64,000 nucleotides of DNA, taken from the NCBI GenBank assembly GCA_030614715.1, contig JAUWTM010000002.1, positions 17,334-81,333 of the forward strand, read 5' to 3'. Positions 51,513 through 62,167 of the stretch are shown piece after piece. The position numbers and the translations under genes are program-made. The notes beneath the pieces are model-generated. The model was not told where the DNA came from, did no database searches, and saw nothing but the letters and a program-made list of their open reading frames with translations. How positions within the stretch are numbered: the first letter of the stretch is position 1; every line of letters begins with the position of its first letter. Source of the stretch: Planctomycetota bacterium. Lineage in GTDB: Bacteria > JAJVIF01 > JAPKYR01.

Positions 51513-52259
51513 GTGGCTGAGCTGCGCTTACAGGGTCGGACCGCACTGGTCACCGGGGCTGCGAAACGGCTTGGTCACGCAATCTCCCTCAGGCTTGCTT
51601 CCGACGGGGCGAACGTTGTCATTCATTACAACCGTTCGGGTGAAGATGCAGAGAAATTGAAGATCAGGCTGATAGACTCCGGCGTTAAGGCATGGACGGT
51701 TCAGGCGGACCTGTCGGTATCCGATGATTACGAATCACTCGTCGGACGGGCACTGGATCTTTCGGGTTCTCTGGATATCCTGGTCAACAATGCGTCGGTA
51801 TTTTCATCCGGCGACCTGATGAAATTCAGCCTGGATGACCTTAATAAGAACATCGAGGTTAACACGTGGGCACCTTTCGTTCTCTGCAGGACTTTCAGGG
51901 ATTATTGCGACAGTGGCTCCATTGTAAACATTCTCGACACGAGGGTTGCCGACCTCGACCTTAAGCACCCGGCCTACATCCTCAGCAGGAAGATGCTCCT
52001 CGATCTGACTGAGATGATGGCTGTCGGGTTCGCACCAAAAATAATGGTAAATGCGGTAGCGCCCGGACTCATTCTGCCACCGCCGGGGAAGGACAAATCT
52101 TATCTTGAAGCGCTAATGGGATCAGTGCCGTTGAAACGTCACGGCAAACCAGCCGACATCGCCGATGCAGTCAGCTACCTTGTATCGAGCGATTTCATTA
52201 CAGGACAGGTAATCTACGTTGACGGGGGACGTCACCTCAGGGAGTACGAGCATGGATAA
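51513..52259 (+). CDS. Short-chain dehydrogenase/reductase, pteridine-reductase-like (FolM/PTR1-like)
   Basis: ALVTGAAKRLGHAISLRLA cofactor motif (TGxxxRxG as in pteridine reductases) and NNAS motif. Lies between PCD and folB. Confidence 0.65.
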   Translation: MAELRLQGRTALVTGAAKRLGHAISLRLASDGANVVIHYNRSGEDAEKLKIRLIDSGVKAWTVQADLSVSDDYESLVGRALDLSGSLDILVNNASVFSSGDLMKFSLDDLNKNIEVNTWAPFVLCRTFRDYCDSGSIVNILDTRVADLDLKHPAYILSRKMLLDLTEMMAVGFAPKIMVNAVAPGLILPPPGKDKSYLEALMGSVPLKRHGKPADIADAVSYLVSSDFITGQVIYVDGGRHLREYEHG

Positions 52260-52602
52260 AATACACATCAGGGACCTGCATCTTCGCACGATAATCGGCG
52301 TAAATGACTGGGAACGTACCGACATGCAGGACGTTTTCCTGAATATCACGCTGGTAATAGACCTGTCGAAGCCGGCTTCGACTGATAACATCGACGACGC
52401 TGTAAATTACAGGGATCTGAAGAAAAAAATTATGGAGCTGGTGGAAAATTCCAGCTTCATGCTGATAGAGACTCTTGCCACCAGGGTCGCGGAGCTGTGC
52501 CTGGAAAATCCGGACGTGCAGGAGGTCACTGTCACGCTCGACAAACCGCACGCGCTGAGATTCGCGAAAAGTGTCGCGGTTGAAATTACCAGGTCAAGGT
52601 AA
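52252..52602 (+). CDS. folB: Dihydroneopterin aldolase
   Basis: MDKIHIRDLHLRTIIGVNDWER...DDAVNYRDL...LIETLA is typical FolB. ATG 52252 overlaps the SDR gene end. Confidence 0.85.
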   Translation: MDKIHIRDLHLRTIIGVNDWERTDMQDVFLNITLVIDLSKPASTDNIDDAVNYRDLKKKIMELVENSSFMLIETLATRVAELCLENPDVQEVTVTLDKPHALRFAKSVAVEITRSR

Positions 52603-52617
52603 ATCGGACTGGTGTAG

Positions 52618-53085
52618 TTATCCGCCGGGAATGGTCATGCCTTCCGGGAGTTCCATACCTTCCGGCATTCCAAGATCCTCCAGGGCGTCCATCATACCGC
52701 TGAGATCGAGATCGACATCATCGATCTTCCACTGGCCGCCCTCCTTTATCAAAATCCACCTGAAGCCGTCGAAGTCCTTGTGCCAGACCTTGGCTGTATC
52801 CCCTGTGATTTCGCTGACGAGATTCGCTTCGTTTCCCCAGGGATTTTCTCCCATCTCGGGATTCGGAGTTTCGCTCATCTCCCTGAAATCGTCCTCGTCG
52901 CCTGCCTCTTCGCTCATGCTGTTGGAGATGTAGGTCTTCGCCTTGTTGTAGTTTTCGTCCTCGATGGCCTGGAAGAATCCTGCCACTGTTTGTTCCGGTG
53001 TTCGACTCGAACATCCGGTTGCCATAAGTGTGATTAGAATTGATGCGATAAATAATGCCGGTAGAATCCAGTTAGTTGCTCTCAT
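52618..53085 (-). CDS. Small lipoprotein (paralog of 62168-62641)
   Basis: Start ATG 53085 with GGAGGAAG upstream. Lipobox LMATG|C. NKAKTYISNS...TAKVWHKD...WILIKEGGQWKIDDVDLDL parallels the other copy. Confidence 0.7.
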   Translation of the reverse strand: MRATNWILPALFIASILITLMATGCSSRTPEQTVAGFFQAIEDENYNKAKTYISNSMSEEAGDEDDFREMSETPNPEMGENPWGNEANLVSEITGDTAKVWHKDFDGFRWILIKEGGQWKIDDVDLDLSGMMDALEDLGMPEGMELPEGMTIPGG

Positions 53086-53161
53086 CTCTTCCTCCGATGT
53101 TAGATCGACTGCCTGACGTGATGATATCAATGCGTGCCATGTAATGCAATTTTCAGAAAAA

Positions 53162-56050
53162 TCACCAAAGATCCAGCGCTCTCAAACCGCCATAGATGCC
53201 GCCGACAAATGCATATCCGGCGAAGACATCAATCCCGTAAGAAATTCCATTAAACTCAAACACTTCCTCTACAAATGCGTCTTCAGGCGGGTCTACATCA
53301 ACAACAAACAAATCTTCTGATGCACTAGTTACAAATGCGTATCCGAAGCCTACATCGACTCTTGACGGTGACGGAGTGTCCAGGAATACTGTCGTAACCT
53401 CACTAATATCGAGCGGATCGGTGATATCAAGGATATGCAGGCCAAAGCTTTGATCGACAACGTACGCGTACTGATCGTCGATTACCACGTCGAATGCGTT
53501 CGTAACCGTGGCTACATTGTTCACGATGGATGCAATTAATGGCGGGTAGACATCAATAACCTGCAAACCACCCGTGCTATCAGCTACATAGGCATAACCG
53601 TCCACTACATCAACACCGACAGAATTACCCGGAGTCGGGACAATGGTGATTGGCGTCAGCGTGCCATCCTCTTCTATGCTTAGAATATTCAGCCCGTTAT
53701 TGTAGGTGGTCATGTAGGCTGTGTCATTGTCGACAGCGATATCCTGTGCGTTGCTCATTACACCAAGGGAGTACACGACGTGAGCTGCCGATGGTGGATG
53801 TACGTCTACGACGCTAATTCCAAAGTCGGCGTCCACGGTGATTGCATATTCATCGTAAAGTTCGAGACTGAACGCCGCTCCTGGTAGTTCCACGTGTTTA
53901 ATAAATGTCATGTTTTCCGGCCAGGGAATATCGAATATGTCCAGATCGCCATAACCATTAGCTGCATAGGCATAATACCCATCTATCTTTACATCCATGG
54001 TAAACGACGGCGTTCTGAGGGTGGTTACGTGGGCAGCTTCATCGTAAGGATCTACATCGTAGATCTGGATACCCGCATAGTGATCTGCTGCTATTACATA
54101 ACCGTCCTCGAACTGCACTTTAAACGGCCATCCAACCGGGACAGAATTTATAATCGTTTCTGTGACCCAGTCGTAAATTTGTAATCCCCCGGTATCATCA
54201 CCTATATAAATGTACTCTCCATAGCATACGCCGAAAGCTTCACCCGGTGTATCCTCGGTATCAATGTCGAGTGGAATGGATGGATCAAAGAGATCCACGG
54301 TATGCAGACCGCTCGCGCCGACCGCTACTGCCGCAATTGCCCACTGGCTGGTGACATCATTTGCGTCATCCGGCGTTGGATGTGTAGTAAACAGTGCCGG
54401 GGCAGTCGGATCAGCGACATTGATCGTTGTGATCCCGCTGCTGCCATTGGCAGTGATTAATATATCAGTGTCCTTGGCAATCGCCGAGCAGCTGCTGCCC
54501 GTATTAATGGACCCGGCAATATGTGCGTCGGCCGGGGGATCTACATCAATACAATATGCCCATCCTGCCATGCTGCATACGTAAGCGTACTCACCATCGA
54601 CTACGACATCGGTTGGCATGTCATCAGTTAAGATTACCGGACCGTGGATGACCGGGGCAACAGGGTCGGTGAGGTCATAGATCCAGAGACCGTTCTCTAC
54701 ATCGGCAACATACACGAACGATCCCTGCGTGAACACTGCGTATGCGTAACCATCTACATCGTATTTCCTCATCCAGAAAGGATTCTCCGGATCCTGCAGG
54801 TCGATCAGGTGAAGCCCGTCAGTTACAGAAACGACATAAGCAATGCCGTCCACCACGTGCATGTCTCTCGGCGCCCAGTTAAGCCAGTCAGGTGAAACGT
54901 CGCGTATGTCCAGTTCCGGCTCCCATTCAACCACTGTAAATGTGCGGATTTTGTACGCGGTAGAATCGATCCAGTACGGGTCAAGATCCGCGTTGACATC
55001 CCTCACGCTGATCAGGTATTCGTACTCATCGGAATCTGCATAGAGCTCATTTCTCACTGTGATGTTGAACGTGGAGTAAGCCCCGTCGTCGCTGACCCAA
55101 TCAGTCTCACGTGTACCGGTCCAGAGTCCGGGACATTCCAGCACGGGTAGGTCGTATGTTGCGGAACCCTGCCAGTCGAATACGAATATTTCCAGTATTA
55201 CTTCTCCACCTTGATCGGTGAGACCCTGGTCCACCGGATGAGGCGTTACATTAATCTTCCACGGTACCCAGCAGTTGGCGTTCGCTCCGAAATCGATCAT
55301 CGGATCGGTGACCGGTGAGGTCACTGGTGGTGCCCAGCATGCATCGATGGCGTATCCGAGTCTCCATTCGAAGTCAGGCATGTCGATCTCATAGTTGACG
55401 GTTATTTCATCCCCTGCATAGAATGCATTGCGTGTGTTTTCAGCACCCGATGAGATGAACCGCTTGTATCCGTTCAATGTTGCCTGCGGGAAGTCGGGAC
55501 TGGCGAAATTCCCCTGGATATATCCCTGCAGACCGCCGGGTCCTGCACCTTCGTAGAGGAAGTTGTATAAAGTCGTGTGACCCTCAGCGTCAACGAGCTC
55601 TCCGTCTCCCCATTCGCGTGCCGGTGTTCTCAGCCAAGCATCCGGGAAAGTTGCGGAGCCATCGAACATTGCTATGCCGCGCACGTCGAAACCGGTGAGG
55701 TTCGGATTCCCGAACGGGTGGGTGACCGTCACGTCCAGCGTGATTGTCCCTTCAGGCGTGACAGCCACGTTCGAGACACCCAGGCAGGTGAAGCACGGTC
55801 CGGATTCCAGCCACTGAAGCGTGTTCCAATGATCCGCTGCAAGACGCGATGGGATAACCGTTGCTTCAAGGGTTCCCGGATCGATTTCGATATCGTAGTA
55901 ACCCCAGAGCGAACGGCTGGATTCGATGGTGGGGCTCCGGTCAGTAAACTCCGGGACCTGTTGTGTAACGGGATCAGCCGACTGGTTACAGCCGACAAGA
56001 AATCCAATAGTGATGACTAATATGATCGGGAGGGAGAGTCTGCGTGCCAT
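53162..56050 (-). CDS. Large surface lipoprotein: novel N-terminal domain + LVIVD-repeat beta-propeller(s)
   Basis: Lipobox GFLVG|C. More than 12 LVIVD-type repeats (GLHLIDLQDP, GLWIYDLTDP, GLQIYDW, GIQIYDVDPY, GISVVDVHPP, GLQVIDVYPP, GLHILDITDP, DLFVVDVDPP, GLRALDLW). Confidence 0.8.
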   Translation of the reverse strand: MARRLSLPIILVITIGFLVGCNQSADPVTQQVPEFTDRSPTIESSRSLWGYYDIEIDPGTLEATVIPSRLAADHWNTLQWLESGPCFTCLGVSNVAVTPEGTITLDVTVTHPFGNPNLTGFDVRGIAMFDGSATFPDAWLRTPAREWGDGELVDAEGHTTLYNFLYEGAGPGGLQGYIQGNFASPDFPQATLNGYKRFISSGAENTRNAFYAGDEITVNYEIDMPDFEWRLGYAIDACWAPPVTSPVTDPMIDFGANANCWVPWKINVTPHPVDQGLTDQGGEVILEIFVFDWQGSATYDLPVLECPGLWTGTRETDWVSDDGAYSTFNITVRNELYADSDEYEYLISVRDVNADLDPYWIDSTAYKIRTFTVVEWEPELDIRDVSPDWLNWAPRDMHVVDGIAYVVSVTDGLHLIDLQDPENPFWMRKYDVDGYAYAVFTQGSFVYVADVENGLWIYDLTDPVAPVIHGPVILTDDMPTDVVVDGEYAYVCSMAGWAYCIDVDPPADAHIAGSINTGSSCSAIAKDTDILITANGSSGITTINVADPTAPALFTTHPTPDDANDVTSQWAIAAVAVGASGLHTVDLFDPSIPLDIDTEDTPGEAFGVCYGEYIYIGDDTGGLQIYDWVTETIINSVPVGWPFKVQFEDGYVIAADHYAGIQIYDVDPYDEAAHVTTLRTPSFTMDVKIDGYYAYAANGYGDLDIFDIPWPENMTFIKHVELPGAAFSLELYDEYAITVDADFGISVVDVHPPSAAHVVYSLGVMSNAQDIAVDNDTAYMTTYNNGLNILSIEEDGTLTPITIVPTPGNSVGVDVVDGYAYVADSTGGLQVIDVYPPLIASIVNNVATVTNAFDVVIDDQYAYVVDQSFGLHILDITDPLDISEVTTVFLDTPSPSRVDVGFGYAFVTSASEDLFVVDVDPPEDAFVEEVFEFNGISYGIDVFAGYAFVGGIYGGLRALDLW

Positions 56051-56178
56051 TGCCTGTCCTCTTTACCGACGAATGACCTAATTAAAGCGTATTAAGCCTG
56101 TACAGTAAAGGAACAGACATTTATTTCAAATTTATGTCTTGTTTATACTGACGGACCTGGCCTTCAATACAGCAGAGA

Positions 56179-59037
56179 TCACCAGTTCCCATCCGGGGGA
56201 AAGTACGTGATAAATGCATCTCCATTACTATAATACTCGCTATCCAGCGAAGTACGCAGATACTCCCCCGGGCCAGGGTCAAAGTCGACTGTATCCCAGA
56301 AATTCCCGCTACAGTATATATGTCCCATGGGACCGACAGTGACCTCTGAGGTCCCCCCCCAGTCGTGTGGGCCTCCCCAGGCTCCATGCCATTGGTATAT
56401 ACCATTGGGATCGAACCTGGTAACGAACATATCGGAATGTTTATCTACAGATGATGACTCAGCAATACCGGGACCTGGATCAAAATCCACTGTTTCACTG
56501 AAGATCCCAGTTACAACAGCGAATCCACCATCGTCAACGTCAACTGAGATCCCCCTATTCTCTGAGTGGAAGCCATATGGCAAATCCGATCCCCAGCCAT
56601 GGGCCCAAAATAATTCGCCATTGGGGTCAAATTTGCTGAGAAATGCTGCACCTTGATACCCGGCAGTATATTCCAGAACACCGGGGCCAGGATCGAAATC
56701 GACCGTTTCGTTTATGTACCCTGTAACGAAGATGTCATCATTGACATCGACTGCAACTCCAAGACTCTCATCCTTCAAAACTCCTCCCCAGCCCACGGCC
56801 CATTGAAATGTGCCATCGCCGGAGAGCTTGCTCAAAAAGCAATCAGTCCAACCAGTTGAGGTTGGTTCAATCCACCACGTGTCCCCGCCAGGATCAAAAT
56901 CAGTTAATGTAATGAACGAACCGGCGACATAGACATTACCGGATGCATCTGTGTCTACAGCCCTTGCTACGGTCCAATCTGCTGGTGATTCTGTCCATCC
57001 ACCCCAGGTTCCCGCCCAGATGAAATCCCCCGACGGACTCATTTTTAACAAGAAGGCATCATGTGTTCCAATCAACTCATGTATGTCGGTTCCAGGTCCG
57101 GGGTCAAAATCAATTGTCCCGGCATAAAAACCAGCCATATATACATTATCGTTTCCATCCGTGCACATGTCTATACTGCTCTCGCGACCTTCTCCTCCGA
57201 TCGTGCGGGCCCATATAAAGTTGCCGTCTGAATCGTACTTGGCAACCAGGATATCCAGGTCACCGTTGGATACATAAAATTGCTCGCTTGGATCACCCTC
57301 AAAACGAACATCGATAAAAAAATAGCCTGACAAATAAATATTATCATCACTGTCAATCGCCACCGCTCCCGCCCCTTCATGAAAATCACCACCGATTACT
57401 CTGACCCACTGGAATATCCCTTCGCTGTCAAATTTACTAACAAAGGCACTCTCACCAGGCATATATCCGGGCCATGCTACTTCACGCCATTCCACTCCAG
57501 GACCCGGATCGAAATCAATAGCTCCGGAGTAAGTGCCAACCGTAATTATATTGCCATCGTTGTCAGTGCAGATACTTCGAGCTGTATCGTTGACTCCGGA
57601 ACCCCAGGTCCGAGCCCAGCCTGGATCCGTCTTGACCTGTATTAAAATTGACGTAACACCGGTCGAGCCTTCGTCGTCCGTAACGCGCATATTTACTTCG
57701 TGATCCCCGGGAATGCCAAACGTGTGTGACACTAATTCCCCTTCCGCATCGTAGGTCCCATCACTCTCCCAGTCCCACTCCCATTTGACAATGTCACCGC
57801 CATCCGGATCGTATGAGCCATTTTCAAAGAATTGAACAGGTTTTGAGACTGTTTGAGGTAGTGGCCACGCATCAGGCATCGCCACCGGCTCGTGGTCAAC
57901 AAAGACCACTTCGACAGGTATTATGTTATATCCAGTTTCAACGCTTGGATCATTAAGGCCTTCCAATGGCCTGACCATAGCGAACAGTGGATAGACCCCT
58001 ATTGGATGTCCGGAATCATTGAGATAACCTTTATAAATAATGGTTCCATCAAGTTGAGTTTCGTTATAAACTGGTATACTACCGTAGCCATCCGGCCACT
58101 TAATTTTCGCGAATAATATTCCATCCTTTCCCTGGTGATCGTTGATCTCAAGTGTATATGGAATATCTAGCTCAGGTGCAGTATCAAACACACCCTCAAA
58201 GGTAACCGATATTCGATATGCTTCAACGCAATTGGCTTCAGGGGGGAAATCGGTCTCAGGATCTGTTACAGGTCCGGGTGGTTTGGCCCAGCATGCATCA
58301 ATTGCGTAACCGAATTCAAAGGGAACGCCGGGAAGCAGAATCCTGGCTGTCCTGGTTTCCTGTGTTCCGGGTAAAAACATGCGTCTTGGAGTTTCTTTTG
58401 AATATGCCAGGAAGGGATTAAGCACTGCTGAAAGGTCGGTGCTGTTTGCATACTCACCAGTGTAATACTTGAATATCGGGTGTTCTGAGGAATCCTCTGG
58501 ATAATATAAAGGATTGAAATACTTTGTATAGCCATCATAGTTAATGAGGAAAGGCAGATCGATGTTTTCTACATTGGGGATATCATCCCACCATGATAAG
58601 GGGTATAATCCTACCGGGTAATAGTTATAATCTGTGATAAAAACCCCTCTGACATCAAAGCCGGTGAGGTTAAGGTTGTTTTCAAAAGGATGTCTCAATG
58701 TTATGTCTACACTGAGCTCTCCCGGTGTGCTGAAATCAAAATTATCTATGGTGAGGCAATCGGTGCAGGGTGACACCTCTAGCAGATAAGTTGCATTTAG
58801 ATGCATGCCTGCAATACGCTGGGGAGCAGCCAAGACAGTCTGGCTATCGGGATCCACGCTGAATTGCCAGAGACCCCATAGGTATCGATTGCTGTCTACT
58901 GATTCCTGAGCAGTACTCTGAAAAGATAAAGTGTTGTCATCATTCGACGGGAGCACCGGATTCGTTGATCCACCAGAGGCACATCCCATCTGGAGGAGAA
59001 GGAGACACCCAATTAATATGAGAGATTTATTCAGCAT
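56179..59037 (-). CDS. Large surface lipoprotein: same N-terminal domain + PKD domain + SBBP-type beta-propeller repeats
   Basis: Lipobox LQMG|C. PKD-like FENGSYDPDGGDIVKWEWDWESDGTYDAEG...VNMRVTDDEGSTG. Six or more G.....[IV]DFDPGPG repeats (SBBP-like). Confidence 0.8.
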   Translation of the reverse strand: MLNKSLILIGCLLLLQMGCASGGSTNPVLPSNDDNTLSFQSTAQESVDSNRYLWGLWQFSVDPDSQTVLAAPQRIAGMHLNATYLLEVSPCTDCLTIDNFDFSTPGELSVDITLRHPFENNLNLTGFDVRGVFITDYNYYPVGLYPLSWWDDIPNVENIDLPFLINYDGYTKYFNPLYYPEDSSEHPIFKYYTGEYANSTDLSAVLNPFLAYSKETPRRMFLPGTQETRTARILLPGVPFEFGYAIDACWAKPPGPVTDPETDFPPEANCVEAYRISVTFEGVFDTAPELDIPYTLEINDHQGKDGILFAKIKWPDGYGSIPVYNETQLDGTIIYKGYLNDSGHPIGVYPLFAMVRPLEGLNDPSVETGYNIIPVEVVFVDHEPVAMPDAWPLPQTVSKPVQFFENGSYDPDGGDIVKWEWDWESDGTYDAEGELVSHTFGIPGDHEVNMRVTDDEGSTGVTSILIQVKTDPGWARTWGSGVNDTARSICTDNDGNIITVGTYSGAIDFDPGPGVEWREVAWPGYMPGESAFVSKFDSEGIFQWVRVIGGDFHEGAGAVAIDSDDNIYLSGYFFIDVRFEGDPSEQFYVSNGDLDILVAKYDSDGNFIWARTIGGEGRESSIDMCTDGNDNVYMAGFYAGTIDFDPGPGTDIHELIGTHDAFLLKMSPSGDFIWAGTWGGWTESPADWTVARAVDTDASGNVYVAGSFITLTDFDPGGDTWWIEPTSTGWTDCFLSKLSGDGTFQWAVGWGGVLKDESLGVAVDVNDDIFVTGYINETVDFDPGPGVLEYTAGYQGAAFLSKFDPNGELFWAHGWGSDLPYGFHSENRGISVDVDDGGFAVVTGIFSETVDFDPGPGIAESSSVDKHSDMFVTRFDPNGIYQWHGAWGGPHDWGGTSEVTVGPMGHIYCSGNFWDTVDFDPGPGEYLRTSLDSEYYSNGDAFITYFPPDGNW

Positions 59038-59187
59038 AACGCCGGACCATGTGTTTATTTATGGTGTCATTCACTAGAACCACCTAATTTTATCATATAA
59101 TCCAGATATGGTGACAACATCAGGTCCGCTCAGGGCTCCATCAACTTCGACCGGGCTGCTGCCTCAGGATACTATGGCGGCTGGAAT

Positions 59188-62082
59188 CTACCACAGGTCC
59201 AGTACTCTGAATCCACCGATGTAGCCCCCGACATAAGCGTATCCATCAACAAATTCCATGCCGAATGCAAATCCCCTGAGATTGATAGTATCGACAAGTA
59301 ACACATCCTCAGGCGGATCGATATCGATTACGTAGATTTCGTCTGAAAGGGTGGTCACGAATGCGTGGCCATATTGAATATAGACGAAACGGGGTTCTTC
59401 GACGAGTTCGATATACGTGATTTCCGAACAGTTGGTCGGATCCGAGATGTCGTAGATGTACATCCTCATGTCATCGCTTGTAATGCATGCGTAATCGCCC
59501 GCTATATCTACATCTCCCACAATTCCGGGGATGCTCATGAAATCGACAATTGATGCTGAACCGGGAGGATCGCAATCTATTACCTGGACACCCTGGACTC
59601 CATCCGCGACGTATGCATAGCCGTCAGCACCACAGATACCGTCGGCTATGCCGGGTGTCGGAACTGAACCCGCAAGAGTCAATGTCCCTGGTGGTCCGAT
59701 ATCATAGATGGCCATTCCGACAACCTGATCGGAAGCATAAACCCGATCGCCATCGATGGCGAGTTCCTGGGGTAAGCTGGGTGAAAACAAGATATCAGAA
59801 ATATGTGTCAGCCCGGGAGGGTCAATGTCGTAAATAAAAATATCTCCGTACCCATCGGTCACATATGCGAAGCCATCAGCGGCATCAATTTTGTATGAAT
59901 AATACGGAGTAATGATAGCTTTTACGATAAACGTGTTTTGAGGATCGTGTACATCAAGGACAAAGAAACCCTCGAGGTTGGTTAAGAAAGCATACCCATC
60001 ATCTACATATACATCCATTGCGAATCCTGGTGTCAACAGGGATGTAACCTCGTGAGCATCATCAAACGGATCGACATCGGCAACGTGTAATCCCAGTGCG
60101 TCGTCCGCAGTGTAAACATACCCGTCGTAGTATTCAATAAAGCTTGCAGTTCCTTTAATAGCCGCATCCCCAACAATGTTAGCCATAATTAGTGGATCTA
60201 CATCGATAATCTGAATGCCGTCATGACCGGCTCCAACGTAAACGTGTCCAAAGGAGTAATCCAGGCTTTGCGCGTCGCCGGGAGTGTCGACGGTGACTAC
60301 TGGTACCGGGGCGCCTGGAATAAGAAAATCAATCACCTGCATCCCGAAACCGCTTACAGCCGTGGCCGCAAAGAAATCCCAACAGGTGACATCCCGGGCC
60401 ATTCCAACAGTGACGAAATTAGATTCGAGTGCTGGATTTACAGGATCGGTAACATTGATGATATCGATACCGTCATCGCCAACTGCTGCAACGATGTAGT
60501 TGTCATGCTTTTCGAGATTTTGGACCGATGCAGTAGTCGGTTCCGATCCCACTAAATGAGTGCTCTCCGGAGGATTGATGTCGAATATATCCAACCGCCC
60601 CGCTAGATTTCCCACATACGCGTAGTTAGAGTTGGCATGAACGCGGCCGGGATAGTCCGCTATGGCGAACGGACCATAAACGATCGGATCTTCCGGGTCG
60701 AACATATCGTAAATAATCAGGCCTTCCATTAAATCCGTGACATACACAAAGGAACATTCAGCAAATACTCCATTGTAGAAACAGTCCTCCCCGTACTTCC
60801 TTACCCAGAACGGATTATTCGGATCCGACAGGTCGAAAATGTGCAGCCCGTTCATAACTGAGGTTATGTAACCGGTATCACCATGTTTGAGGAAGTCCGA
60901 CGGTGCCCAGTTTAGCCAGTCCGGAGTCACATCGACAATATTAAAATCGGGCTCCCACTCGACAACCTCAAGGTTGAGTACCTTGTACGCGGTCATGTCG
61001 ATCCATTCGGGTGATGTACTGCCTGCAAAGTCGCGCACTGTCACAAGGCATTTGTATTCCCCGACAGGAGCGAGGAGGTCATTGTTAATAGTGATGTTGA
61101 AGGTCGAGTAAGCCCCATTATCGCTGTCAAAAACCGCCAGTCGAGACCCGTGGAACAAATCAGGACATTCCAGCCCCGGTGTAGCGTATGAAGCGTCACC
61201 ATCGTAATCGAAGACGAACAGTTCCAGGATCAACTGGCCACCCTGATCGTTCAGACCCTGTCCGACCGGATGCGGTGAGACGTTTATCTTCCAGGGCTCG
61301 GGACAATTGGCTTCGGGACCGAAATCGGTCATGGGATCTGTCACGGGCGTAGTTACCGGTGGAGTCCAGCAGGCGTCGATGGCATATCCGAGGACAAGAT
61401 CTCCATCGGGCATGTCGATCTCGTAATTCATTGTCACCTCGTCCCCGGCGTAGAAAGCGTTGCGCGTGTTGGACGGATCGTCCGATATGAAACGCATGAA
61501 GCCGTTCAGCGTGGCAGTCGGTACTTCACCTGACGCGAAATTTCCCTGGATGTATCCCTGCAGTCCGCCCGGACCCATACCTGTCGTGGCTGGATTGTAG
61601 AGTGTCGTGTACCCCTGCGCGCTCACCAGCTCCCCTTCGCCATTCCGACGATCCGGGACCCTGAGCCATGCATCAGGGAAGGTCACGCTCCCGTCGAACA
61701 TTGCTATGCCGCGCACGTCGAACCCGGTGAAGGTCGGATTCCCGAACGGGTGTGTGACCGTCACGTCCAGCGTGAGCGTCCCTTCAGGCGTGACAGCCAC
61801 GTTCGAGACACCCAGGCAGGTGTAGCACGGGCCGGATTCGAGCCAGCCCAGTGTGTTCCAGTGGTCTGTCGCGAGACGCGATGGGATAACCGTCGCTTCA
61901 AGGGTTTCCGGATCGATTTCGATATCGTAGTAACCCCAGAGTGAACGGTTTGATTCGATGGTGGGGCTCCGGTCAGTTATATCCGGGACCTGTTGTGTTA
62001 CGGGATCAGCCGACTGGTTACAGCCGACCAGAAATCCAATACTGATGACTAAAATGATCGGGAGGGAGAGTCTGCGTGCCAT
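59188..62082 (-). CDS. Large surface lipoprotein, paralog of 53162-56050 (N-terminal domain + LVIVD repeats)
   Basis: N-terminus nearly identical to that of 53162-56050. LVIVD-type repeats (GLHIFDLSDP, GLIIYDMFDP, RLDIFDINPP, GIDIINVTDP, GMQVIDFLIP, GIQIIDVDP, GLHVADVDPF, FFVLDVHDP, DIFIYDIDPP, GMAIYDIGPP, GVQVIDCDPP, RMYIYDISDP, EIYVIDIDPP, GFRVLDLW). Confidence 0.8.
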   Translation of the reverse strand: MARRLSLPIILVISIGFLVGCNQSADPVTQQVPDITDRSPTIESNRSLWGYYDIEIDPETLEATVIPSRLATDHWNTLGWLESGPCYTCLGVSNVAVTPEGTLTLDVTVTHPFGNPTFTGFDVRGIAMFDGSVTFPDAWLRVPDRRNGEGELVSAQGYTTLYNPATTGMGPGGLQGYIQGNFASGEVPTATLNGFMRFISDDPSNTRNAFYAGDEVTMNYEIDMPDGDLVLGYAIDACWTPPVTTPVTDPMTDFGPEANCPEPWKINVSPHPVGQGLNDQGGQLILELFVFDYDGDASYATPGLECPDLFHGSRLAVFDSDNGAYSTFNITINNDLLAPVGEYKCLVTVRDFAGSTSPEWIDMTAYKVLNLEVVEWEPDFNIVDVTPDWLNWAPSDFLKHGDTGYITSVMNGLHIFDLSDPNNPFWVRKYGEDCFYNGVFAECSFVYVTDLMEGLIIYDMFDPEDPIVYGPFAIADYPGRVHANSNYAYVGNLAGRLDIFDINPPESTHLVGSEPTTASVQNLEKHDNYIVAAVGDDGIDIINVTDPVNPALESNFVTVGMARDVTCWDFFAATAVSGFGMQVIDFLIPGAPVPVVTVDTPGDAQSLDYSFGHVYVGAGHDGIQIIDVDPLIMANIVGDAAIKGTASFIEYYDGYVYTADDALGLHVADVDPFDDAHEVTSLLTPGFAMDVYVDDGYAFLTNLEGFFVLDVHDPQNTFIVKAIITPYYSYKIDAADGFAYVTDGYGDIFIYDIDPPGLTHISDILFSPSLPQELAIDGDRVYASDQVVGMAIYDIGPPGTLTLAGSVPTPGIADGICGADGYAYVADGVQGVQVIDCDPPGSASIVDFMSIPGIVGDVDIAGDYACITSDDMRMYIYDISDPTNCSEITYIELVEEPRFVYIQYGHAFVTTLSDEIYVIDIDPPEDVLLVDTINLRGFAFGMEFVDGYAYVGGYIGGFRVLDLW

Positions 62083-62167
62083 TGCCTGTCCTCTTTACCG
62101 ACGAATGACCTAATTAAACCGTATTAAGCCTGTAAGGTAAAGGTGCAGACATTTAATTCTAACGGGT

